DNA of 64,000 nt from Massalongia carnosa (taxonomy: Eukaryota): NCBI GenBank assembly GCA_965645245.1, contig OZ287067.1:248001-312000 (forward strand). Reading direction: 5' to 3'. Under the pieces are notes generated by a model that saw only the letters and a list, made by a program, of their open reading frames with translations, had not been told where the DNA came from and made no database searches. The position numbers and the translations under genes are program-made. This document shows, piece by piece, positions 38,846 through 48,852 of the stretch (position 1 is its first letter; each line of letters opens with the position of its first letter).

Positions 38846-39551
38846 TGTTGGGGCTGGTTCTGAGAATTTCTATTGACTAGGTTTTCCTACAAAATTTCTA
38901 GACGAAGTTTCGAAGCTTCGTGGGTAGGAGGCTATTTATCCCCTTTCCCCGTGACCGAGTTCTAGCCCTATTAGCTTTAGGAGTCTCGGTCCTATCCGTA
39001 GTTGCCCATTTTAAAGTTGAATCCTGATTCTGTCCTGTCCTTGAACTTACCTGAGGTTCATTGACCTTATGTCAAGGACTGGGTTGGGAATTGAACTAAT
39101 GTTCCTAGGAATTGGACTAGATGATCAAGATGTCTTTATTAATGAGGCTATAGCTAGGAGGTGGTTTGCTATACAAGACGTCGGACGAGGAGTCAACTAT
39201 CTACTGGATATGTCCTCTTTTTATACCTGAGCCGGCCCCTTCTTTCTCATGTTTTACCTTCACCCTAGATGAGAGATTTTGGTGATGGTGGCGGCGATAA
39301 GGTGGAGCGATAAGTTGGCCAGTGGATGTGATCGTTCTAGCGATAAGAGGGTATAGTGGAGTGAGGAGATTGGTGGAGTGGAGTAAGGGGTTTATTCAGA
39401 CTCATACCGAGGATGAATCTGAATTGGCTTTCAGGTGGCTTTTACCTCGATCGCCGCTTGGCGGTTCGGGGTAATCAATTAGGTTTTAACTCAAACTTTA
39501 TTTCATGACAACTTATCTCATTAGCTTCATTTCTCAGGTTGGGCCCTGACA
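38846..39551. mobile_element. Degenerate LTR-like insert, host of solo LTR L
   Basis: TGTTGGGG...CCCTGACA ends. Shares TATCCGTAGTTGCCC and an AGGTTCATTG unit with LTR D. No TSD recognised and boundaries are uncertain. Confidence 0.4.
39070..39510 (-). mobile_element. Solo LTR L, related to the Gypsy C LTR
   Basis: TGTCATGAAA...TTGACA on minus. The R/U5 half closely matches the C LTR. TSD CCTTA/ACTTA (one mismatch). Confidence 0.85.
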
Positions 39552-39856
39552 CCGCTAAATCCTTTGAAAGGGGGCATGTAGCTTGTTTGAGAAAATGGGT
39601 GTTCTGATATCAAGAGAGGAATACTGGTATCAAGAGGGGGGTTTACTGGTATAAAGAGGGGGGTACTGGTATTATAAGGGGGGTGTTGATAGTAATTCCC
39701 TTCTTATTATTCCACCCTTTCTTATTTACCCCCTCCGTCATCCTTTTCTATTCACCTCCTCTCCCTTTTCTAATCATTCTTTATCTTCCTTCCTGATTAA
39801 GAAGTAGGCATCTTTAAAGAAAGGTTAGCTAGTTCAAAATCGAAGTTTAAATCAAC

Positions 39857-40900
39857 TTACCACTTCTTTTGAGTCTTCTCCAACTCAATTTGTAGCCTCA
39901 TCATCTTTTCTTCGTGTTGCATTCTACTTATGGCAATCATTTCTTCCTGTTTGAGACAAATCTCTTTATGATGTTGATCTCTTTGACTGGTTTCAGCATC
40001 AAACCGCTTTCGAAGTTGAATTTGTTCGAATTCAAAGTTTTTACTAAAGTCATTGGACTTCATGATCTGCACCTCAACCAAGGCGTCTACCACGGATCGG
40101 ACTTCTTCCCGTCTAAATCCTCGTTTGGTAATGACTTTTGATCGCGTGTCATCACTGTCTGAATCTATCTCCAAAGGTCGTTTACGATGGCCACGACCAG
40201 GTGTAGGTGTAATTTGTTCAGTACCAGAGTCAGGTGTGACTTTTTTATTCCTGAGTGCATACTTTTCTTTGGCACGTTTAACCAAATCAGTCTTTGATTT
40301 TGAGATATCATCTTCTAGCCAATGACCAGCATCAGATAACTGCCTATTCATGTCGCTATCACCGTCTCGAGCCCGTTTTTCATAGTCCTCCTCATCGATG
40401 TTTTCAACTTCCGTATCTTCCGCATCTTCTTTTCCTTCAGCGGTACCAGGTCTTTCGGACTCCATTATGTAGGGTGGAGTGATAGTGGGAAGATCTTCCA
40501 TAATCTCTTCCAACTCGTAGTAGAAAGGGCATTTCTTAATCAAGACCTCCTTGATGGTTATTCCCCGCGTGTTTTCCGCCACTACCTCATGTTTTGTTGG
40601 ATATACCCCCCATCCCGTCTGATCCGCGAGGGCCCTGGTTTCTTTGAAAGATTTAAGCATTTGGGCGACTTTATCTCTGGCTTTTTCCTTGGATACATCG
40701 GGTCGTTGAGCACTCAGTCCAGACTCCAACAGCATTCTTCTACAAGTTTCTACCTTGTTTCCTTTTTGATAGAGATAGAGATTGACGGAAATACCCTGAT
40801 AGTCTCTGATACAAAGCCATTCAATGACTAGTTGAGTGTCTTCATCTTTCCAACGGATATTGGGACCTCGAGATCAAGTTGGAAGAGTGATGGACGTCAT
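39857..40900 (-). pseudogene. Harbinger accessory Myb/SANT-like DNA-binding protein
   Basis: ATG at 40900 with a TGA at codon 9. Reads RWKDEDTQLVIEWL...QTGWG...KCPFYYELEEIM with a coiled-coil tail. Convergent to the transposase and inside the TIRs. Confidence 0.8.
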
Positions 40901-40981
40901 GTTTAATGATTAGGAATGATCAAGATGAGATGATAATAATTGAGTTAAAATAAACCAGCTGGGGTGACCTAAATAACGTGA

Positions 40982-41086
40982 CTCAGCCCTACTTTTCGAA
41001 AATTAAACCTGAAAACCTGAAATTCCGGACTCATGAGACCGGAATTTCAGGTTTTCAGGTTTTAATTTTCGAAAAGTAGGGCTGAG
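40982..41086. repeat. Near-perfect 105-bp palindrome in the Harbinger subterminal region
   Basis: 47/48-bp arms CTCAGCCCTACTTTTCGAAAATTAAA(A)CCTGAAAACCTGAAATTCCGG around a core containing palindromic CTCATGAG. Confidence 0.95.
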
Positions 41087-41183
41087 AATTTATACCTAAA
41101 TAGGTTTAATGTGCTTACATAAAAAACCTGAAACCCTGAAAACCTGAAAACCTGGCCAAAAAAACTCAACCGTGAAAACCCCT

Positions 41184-44100
41184 ATTATAACTTTTTGGAA
41201 GTCTTTTCTTATTATAATGAGTCGAGTACTGAACGTTTACCTCGGCAAGGCGATATTTCAGTTCCTCGCGGAGGTTGCTGAGATGCTCTGCGTGTTCTGT
41301 AGCTGATTGAGATTCTTTCTTGTGTTTTTCTATCGCAAACTCCATTTTTGGATGTCTTCCAGTGATTATAAAAAATGGTGTATGACCGGTTGCCGTATGT
41401 TTGCTGTTGTTGTATGCGAATTCTGCGGTGGCGAGTAGTTTTACCCAATCATCTTGTGTACTGTTGCAGAAAGCACGGAGGTAGGCTTCTAGAGTCTGGT
41501 TCTGCCGCTCAGTCTGACCGTCGGTTGATGGATGAAAAGCGGTACTGACTTTTCGTTTTATCACCAGGTGATAACAAAGCGAGGTCCATAATCTTGACGT
41601 GAATAACCTTCCTCGGTCTGTGATTATGTCGTCTGGAATGCCGTGATAACGAACTATTCGATCGAGGAAGATGCTCGCGAGGTCCGAGGCCTTCATCGTT
41701 TTGCGACATGGTACGTAGTGAGCCATTTTGGATAATCTATCCACTATAACCATTATGCTATCGAACGACGTGTTCCATGTATCAAGACTTGAGGGCAAGT
41801 CCGTTATGAAGTCCATGGTTATGCTTCCCCATATTCGTTTTGCGATTGATAGTGGCTTCAATTGTCCCCATGGTTTATGTCGAAGTGTCTTGTTTTGCTG
41901 ACAAGAGTGACAGGTTTGACAATATGTTTTCACATCTTTTCTGATTGATGGCCACATGAAGACTCGTTTGATTAAATCCATTGTGCGTGTCGCTCCTAGA
42001 TGTCCTGCTATCATATCATCGTGATGTCGGCGTATAATTTCTGTTCTCAGACTATTAAAGTCGGGTACGTAGATTGCATTATCGAATAGAAGAATATTAT
42101 TCGATCCTTCACTCCACCGACTGAAGCGGGCTGATGTTTTGGGATTCTTTGATGATGATGTCCAGTGCTTGCGTACAGTTTGTACTTCCTCGTCCCTGTT
42201 TTGCTGTGTGCAAATTTCTTGTACGAGGTCCTCGGAGGAGTCTTCGGCGTGTCTCGTTGTGCCTATGTTAATGCTGTTGAGTCCCTTATTGAGCTCTGTG
42301 TCTTGAGTCTCTGAGATTTTGAGTCGTTTAGAGTTGTTTCCTATGACGCCATCTATCGAAGTGTCTTCCTTTGTTTTAGAGGTGTTTGCCCGCGAGGCCC
42401 TCGCCTCGGTGTCCTTGCCTTCGCTTACTCTGTCCTCGTGTCTGCTCCCGTTCGTGCTTGAACGTCTGCGTTTCGTCATTGTGCTTTGTGTGTCCTCTTC
42501 CTGTCTCCCTAGATGTCCTGATGTTCTGGTGTATTTTCCATTTGACCCAGATTTTGCCTGACCTTTTGACCCAGATTTTGCCTGACCTTTCGACCCAGAT
42601 TTTGCCTGACCTTTTGACCCGTCCCTTGTTCTTTCGAACTTGGGGTGTGACTGTGTCGCGCCCACAATCACACGTGGTCCCACGAGGACCACTTGCTCGA
42701 GTTCCGCTGATGGGAGACTCTGCGCTATCGCCGAGGCTTCTTGCCTGACGCCGCTGATGACCTTGCTAACATCGGCTTGCTCAAGGCTCGGTGTCAGCAC
42801 CTTTGAGGGTTGATCAAGCCCTTCACCCAAATGTGCCCTTTGAAGACCCTGAGCTACCTGTTGTAGACGTTTGGCCTTTCCGAAGGGGTGAATTGGTTTT
42901 CGAACTGTTGTGTCTCCTGTCGGCTTCTTGGCTTTCATCGCTGCCCTGGTCATGATTGCTAGAAGTGGTCCTCGCGAGGTCGAGCGCTCGCCTCGGGGTT
43001 TGCTGCTGAGAATGTCTTTGAGATAATTTAGGCTAGCGGTGTCTTGTGAAGTATCCTCATTGTTTCCTTTGTAGTCGGGCCGTCTGGAGAGTCCATCCGC
43101 TGGATTTGCTGTGCCCTTCTGGTATGTGATTCTGAAATCAAATGCTGTCAGCTTGTTTGCCCATTTGACTTGCCTTCGTGAAAGTTGTGGGGTTGTCATA
43201 AAGTACTGTAGATTTGCATGATCGCTTATGACGCTGATTTTGTATAGGGCCCCCTCCAAGTAGTGTCGCCAATGGGTCATGGATAATACAATTGCTAGCA
43301 ATTCCTGGTCGTGGGTCCCGTAGTTCCGTTCCGCTGTGTCCCATTTCTTGCTCCAGTATGCTACTGGTTGCCAATGCTTCTCCGACCCTTCTCCGTGTGG
43401 TTGAGAAAGGACAGCTCCCCCTGCATCGTCTGAAGCGTCTGTCTCCACTCTTATAGGTTTCTTAGGGTCGAAATGTCGCAGCAACGGCTTTTTGTTAAAA
43501 ATCGCTTTGAGTTTCAGGAAGGCTTCCTCGGCTTCTTTTGTTAGGCCGAATCCTTGCTTTGTTTTCCTCGGCTCTCCTCGCGAGCGTCCTCCCGAGGCAT
43601 TTTTATTGGCCTCGCTCGTCTTATGTGCTTTCTTCTTCCTCTTGCCTGGTCCCGTTTTGAGCAGTTCTAGTAGTGGCGTTGCTGTACGTGCGTAATTTCT
43701 TACGAATCGTCTGTAAAAGTTGGTGAATCCTATAAATATCTGAATGTCTTTGACTGATTTTGGTATGGCCCATTCTAGTATTGCTTTGACTCGTTCTTCC
43801 TCCATACTAATCCCATTTTCGCTCACGATGAATCCTAGAAAGGACAACTCATTCTTGAAGAATTCGCATTTAGATAGTTTGAGGTATAAATTGAGTTCTT
43901 CGAGACGCTTCAGAATCTTTCGGACGTGTTCTATATGTTCCTCTCGTGTCTTGCTGTAGATTAATATATCGTCTAGATAAACGAGAACGAATATGTCTAA
44001 AAATTCGGCGAAGGAGCGATTCATAAACGCTTGCCAGGATGCGGGTGCGTTCGTTAATCCGAAGGGCATAACTAAATATTCGAAGAGTCCGAATCGGGTC

Positions 44101-45360
44101 CGGAATGCTGTCTTCCATTCATCTCCCATTTTTATTCGAAGTCGATTGAATGCATCCTTGATGTCTAACTTTGTAAACCATCTTGCGCCTCCTAATTGAT
44201 CTAGGCTTTCTGTTATCAGCGGTAATGGACATCGATCTTTGATGGTGATATTGTTCAATCCTCTGTAGTCTATACAGGGTCGAAGGCCTCCGTCTTTCTT
44301 TGGTCGAAAGAGCATCGAGGCTCCAGCCGAGGATTGTGAGTGTCGTATGAGGCCTTCTCGGAGATAGTCTTGTAGGTATTGTTTTTGAAACTGCAGCTCC
44401 GTTGATGATAGATTGTACAGGGACACAAATGGTGGTTTCTTTCCGGGTTCGATGTTGATGGCGTGATCCCATTGTGAGTGTTCGGGTAATGGCTTATCCT
44501 TTCGATTGAAGAGTTCCCAAAAATCCTGAAGTTCTGTTGGCAGAGGGTCGATAATTTTTGACGAGGATGATTTCTTATTGAGTTCGTCCTCGGTCTCCTC
44601 GGTCTCGTCCTCGGCGTCCTCGGTTTTGTCCTCGTTGTTGTTTGAGAATTTTGGCATTGATGGCGGAGTAATTATCTGTGTAAGTGCGCCGAGTAGGATA
44701 GGACACCGTATGTTTAGGGCTGCTAGTGTCGGGAAGATTTTTGCCTGTATCGAATTGATATGTTCTGGATACGATGGTAGTCCATATCCTCTTTGTCTTT
44801 TTGTTTTTCTTCTGTGCTGGCATGCCTGAATCCTCCATCGCAGTCTCCGTTTTTTGAGGTTATACTCTGGGTCGTGTTTCTCGAGAAATGGTAGTCCTAG
44901 CATGATATCATTTGGTGCTGTTCCGGCTACAATATAAGTGTCGGTTGTTTCTAGTTTATTGTTTTCGGTATCGCAGATAGAAGCTTTTAATTCGATTGAC
45001 CCGACCAACTTGATGATGCTTCCATCAAAGTTTCTTCCTCGAGCCTGAAATCGATTTATTTTTGCCGTAAGATCTAGCTTTTGTAGCAGTGAAAGAGTGA
45101 TAATATTGACTTCAGCGCATATGTCGGTGAATGCATTAGCCTTTATCGATTGACTGTCCTTTGACTTTAAGTATACGTGGAGTTGAATAGGGGAGGCGCT
45201 TGTGGTTTCTACTCCGGATTGTGACTCATCCTCCTTGTCGCTCCTCGGCTGGGGTTTCTGCTGTCGGAATTGTTTGCCGACTGCGGTATTTCTCGTATTT
45301 ATCCCCCCGAGGTTATGATTCCCAGTAGAGAGGGGTCGTCTACTGAGCCCGGCCTTTTCC
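41184..45360 (-). pseudogene. pol: Pol of Gypsy F, main part (PR-RT-RH-IN)
   Basis: Open frame with YLDD, DAS and HPSTDGQTER. Interrupted at KSYN|VGEMVW by the Harbinger. Confidence 0.93.
42541..42620. repeat. 24-bp coding tandem repeat, about 3.3 copies (GSKGQAKS)
   Basis: TTTGACCCAGATTTTGCCTGACCT unit within the RH-IN linker of Gypsy F pol. Confidence 0.9.
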
Positions 45361-46971
45361 TTGTTCTTCTCTAATCGGTAGTAGATTAGGGTTGGAATCA
45401 ATGTTCGTCGACTGGTGTTTGTTGATCCGAGGATCTCCTCCTCTATAGAACCATCCTGTTTTGCATTCCTCCATCCGATGTGGGCCTTTACCACACTTGA
45501 TACATAGTCCCGCCTGACGTCTGCGATCTTTCTCCTCGTTTGGCACTTTGTCCGATGCGAGAGTCCTGTCGTTTTCCACGGATTTGGGTCTCAAGTCCAT
45601 TGGCCTCGATGAAGGCCCGCTTCGTTGTTCTCCTCGGAAACCTCCTCTAGTGTGATCGTATGATGGCTGTCCTTCTTTATCATCCCGTCTGTTCTGTTGA
45701 GAGGTGTTCTTAGTCGGGTCTCTTTCTTCCACATAATCGATGAGTTCAGATTCTGCCATGTTTGCTACTTGATGTGCTGTGAAAGGAATTATGCTCGGCT
45801 TTCGAATTGTTCGAACGAAGCGGATTTTTAAATCTGTCTCGTTGTCGTCTTGGAGTGGCAGTGTGCTTTGAATCCGCTCGAGGGCGTCCCAGTGTTCCCG
45901 AGCTGTCTGATAGAGGCCTTGTCTTACCTCGAGCCACGTTTGTTGTGCCTTTAACATGATGAGATGTGGGTCTCCTCGGCATTGTTCGATCACGTTGAAC
46001 AGCTCCTCTAGTGTTGGTTGTGACATTCCGAGCTTGGCTTTGTCCCATCGTCGATCCGCCCTACCCCCGAGGAACCCCTCGGCGTAGTCAATCTTCTCTC
46101 GTTCGTCCGTTATCTCCTCCTTGTACAGATTTGCTCTTATGTCTCGTTTGAACCGTTTCAGGTTTTGTTTGAAAACGGCTGGATCAGACTCTTCTCCCGT
46201 GAACTCTTTGGGCTGTTTAAGTTTCAGCCCCGACTTCTTCCTCGCTCTATTGAGCATAGCCTCCTCGCTTGAGTCCAGTCGATCTGTACTGGTTCTCTTT
46301 TGCTGACTTGGAAGGGCGGGTTTTACTGTCCTCGGATGTGCTCGGCTGGCGAAAAAGGTCGAATTAGCGGGTAGAGATAACAGGTTTCGTAATTCTTCCT
46401 CTTTCAATGCATTTTCCTGCCGTAATTGAGCTCTCTCGATCTGAAGAGTCAGTAGTTTCTGACGGTTCTTCTCTTTTTGTTTCTCCTGTTCTATTAGCTC
46501 AATTTCTTCCTCCGTCGATAATTTCCTGTTATGAGCCTGCCTGAGCCTATCGTCGAGCTTTTGCCGCCTTGAGTATTCCATGTCTCTCTGTTGAGTCGCG
46601 TCAGCCATCTCCTCGTCTGATATTGCCTTACCCCTGTTCCTCTTAGCTAGTCTTGTGATCTGGTCGCTGAGATTATCGATCAGCTGTGTCTCCTGTACCT
46701 CTTGCACTTCATGTGTCTCCGGCATCTTCCGTAGCTCTTCTGGTTGATCTGTGTCTGAGAGGCTAGACGAGTCGGATGGGCTGATCCGTCGTGCTCTTCC
46801 CCTTTTGGGATCTTCCTTATCCTCGTCGTCCTCATCTTTCTCGGGATTATCCTCGGGTCGTCTTTTCGTGGTTCCGTGCTCTATCGGATTATTCCTTGTG
46901 GAGTCCTCGATCTCTTCGTCCGATCTGGTGAGCCTCGCTGTTGCCATTGCTCTTGTCTGGCGGCCTGCCAT
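45340..46971 (-). CDS. gag: Gag of Gypsy F
   Basis: 543-aa ORF with PKEFTG, PMDL and knuckle CIKCGKGPHRMEEC. Confidence 0.9.
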   Translation of the reverse strand: MAGRQTRAMATARLTRSDEEIEDSTRNNPIEHGTTKRRPEDNPEKDEDDEDKEDPKRGRARRISPSDSSSLSDTDQPEELRKMPETHEVQEVQETQLIDNLSDQITRLAKRNRGKAISDEEMADATQQRDMEYSRRQKLDDRLRQAHNRKLSTEEEIELIEQEKQKEKNRQKLLTLQIERAQLRQENALKEEELRNLLSLPANSTFFASRAHPRTVKPALPSQQKRTSTDRLDSSEEAMLNRARKKSGLKLKQPKEFTGEESDPAVFKQNLKRFKRDIRANLYKEEITDEREKIDYAEGFLGGRADRRWDKAKLGMSQPTLEELFNVIEQCRGDPHLIMLKAQQTWLEVRQGLYQTAREHWDALERIQSTLPLQDDNETDLKIRFVRTIRKPSIIPFTAHQVANMAESELIDYVEERDPTKNTSQQNRRDDKEGQPSYDHTRGGFRGEQRSGPSSRPMDLRPKSVENDRTLASDKVPNEEKDRRRQAGLCIKCGKGPHRMEECKTGWFYRGGDPRINKHQSTNIDSNPNLLPIREEQGKGRAQ

Positions 46972-48034
46972 TAATTTTCGGTCGCTTGACTCGTTGATTG
47001 GTAGTGGATGACACGAGCGTGAGGATGGTAGGGTTGTGGATTGGGGCTGTCTATGTTTTTGTTGCGCTGAGGCGAGCTCTCAGTCGACGATCCTCGGTGT
47101 ATCCTTGGGTTCGTTCTCGCGAGTTGTTGTCGGCAGTGGTGTAGTGACGAACAAGGGATCTCTGATGAGGAGAAGATGTCGAATGTTGTAGGGCCTCGCT
47201 CGATTTCCTGTACACGAATTTGCGATAGGCGTTGGACGAAGGGAAAAAAAAAACTTCGAGGCGACGATGTGATGTTTTCACCCCTCCCACGGACTGTCAC
47301 CCCCTTCGGGGAAAGTTGTCAGAATTGTGAGGTTATTGTGACAGGCGATGGGAGGGAGCCCTATAGGGCTATGGCATGCGAGGATAGAATGGATAAACTG
47401 ACAACTAGCTATCTATAAGAACCGAAACGACTAATATATACCCCTCTCTGATGTCCTACTCCTAAGAAATTCCTATCCTGATAACTCCGATGACGCGTTG
47501 TCAGGGTCTAGACGTTCTGTCCCCGATCGAGACGAGGATCCTCGTCCCCGTGTCGAGACCCTGACATTGAATCCTACTCCAGCGGCTTTGGTAGCTATTT
47601 GCATGGTATGACAACTCCTCCCTTTGAACATAATCAATTGCTCATCAATAGAGATATGACTACCAGGAGTCCAGTATCTTTATGAGTTAACCCGAAACTC
47701 GGTGATGAGAGGTTCTAATTTCTTCCACCAATCAGGGCCCCGGGTATTGACCTTGTCGTCTTCGATAGGATTGGATATTTATAAATATCGTCTGATTTGC
47801 TCCCGTCGAGTACGATTCATAGATTTGAGGATAATAGAATGAACAGCAAGCTTATGATTGACGTTCCAAAAATCACGAATACGAGGCATGGAAGTATAGC
47901 CCATATAAAGCAAAATTCCTAAAAAGGCTCCAATTTCAGAAAGGTTGGTCGGATAGTGTCATGAAACGGCTTCGAACCAAAAGGATCTCGGCCTTATCCG
48001 TAGTTGCCCCCTCTATCCTGTCCCTACCTACCCG

Positions 48035-48194
48035 TACCGCAGGTTTATTGAAGCTACCGCAGGTTTATTGGACCTACCGCAGGTTCATTGGACCTAACGC
48101 AGGTTCATTGGAACTACCGCGGGTTCATTGGACCTTCCGCGGGTTTATTGGACCTACCGCAGGTTCATTAGACCTACAACAGGTTCATTGGTCA
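48035..48194. repeat. 20-bp minisatellite, 8 copies, in U3 of LTR D
   Basis: Consensus TACCGCAGGTTYATTGGACC, head-to-tail, with no spacers. Confidence 0.95.
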
Positions 48195-48852
48195 GTGCGC
48201 GCTGTTCCAACCTTTCTCGATGCGGTTAGATCGAGTACGGCTCCGCCTCCGATCTTCGAAACCATAATTACCCGGTCCCCATTAGGTGTCTTCGTATTAA
48301 CTTAGGAAAAGGAGATGAATAGTGTCACGAAATCAGGTCGAGGGCAAGGGCAAAGGCAAGGTGGGTTGATAGTCAAGCTTATTGATTGAGTCTATAGCTA
48401 TGAATCTAGGCTAGGCTAGGTTGGCTATTCAAGACGTTCGACAAAGAATCAGAACTTCCATGATTCGACTTCTTTCTTATATCTTTGTCCTCCCATATTC
48501 ATCTTTCTAGGGTGGCGGCGAATGATGTCTAGTCAGTGCGATGATGAATGAGGGGCATTATAGCGGCAATAAGCACGATGGGGTCAGCGAGGAGACGGGA
48601 GATGTCAAACATCAATGCGAAGCTATTAGACATGATAATAGTCGAAAGACGGGAATAAATCATCAATGCGAGGCTGATTAATGATCAGTAATCGGCGAAT
48701 TCGAAGAATGATATGAGGGTCCCGAAGGCATGGCACGACGTCCGTGAGTAGTCATCAGATCAAGGCACGTGATAGAGGCACGTGGTGAGGTCGGAGGCAT
48801 TTCATGACAGTAGCTCCCCCTTCAAGGCAGAGCTCCTGCGATGCCATCTTAT

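Larger units (their letters stand above)
29788..41183. mobile_element. PIF/Harbinger DNA transposon inserted in Gypsy F integrase
   Basis: Perfect 18-bp TIRs AGGGGTTTTCACGGTTGA. 3-bp TSD ATT (29785-29787, 41184-41186). Two convergent ORFs. CCTGAAA subterminal repeats at both ends. Confidence 0.93.
27764..47566 (-). mobile_element. Ty3/Gypsy chromovirus F, expanded to ~19.8 kb by nested insertions
   Basis: 241-bp LTRs 27764-28004 and 47326-47566 (5 differences by eye). TSD TTGAA at 27759-27763 and 47567-47571. Pol is in three parts: 41184-~45360, 29581-29787 and 27939-28375 (chromodomain). Confidence 0.95.

Noticed and set aside
39600..39790. G-rich degenerate repeats (ACTGGTAT...AGAGGGGG) followed by a pyrimidine tract
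   Set aside because: Low-complexity spacer between the Harbinger ORFs. No function can be supported from the sequence.
41120..41160. AAACCCTG/AAACCTG repeats resembling telomeric DNA
   Set aside because: Irregular, and mirrored at the other Harbinger end, so these are subterminal repeats.
41166..45494. 1442-aa ORF taken as a complete protein
   Set aside because: The N-terminus is the -1 overlap with gag and the C-terminus (RGFHG) is read from the Harbinger TIR.
48035..48194. Regular 20-bp repeats resembling a CRISPR array
   Set aside because: Head-to-tail degenerate units with no unique spacers, inside an LTR, in a eukaryotic context with no cas genes.
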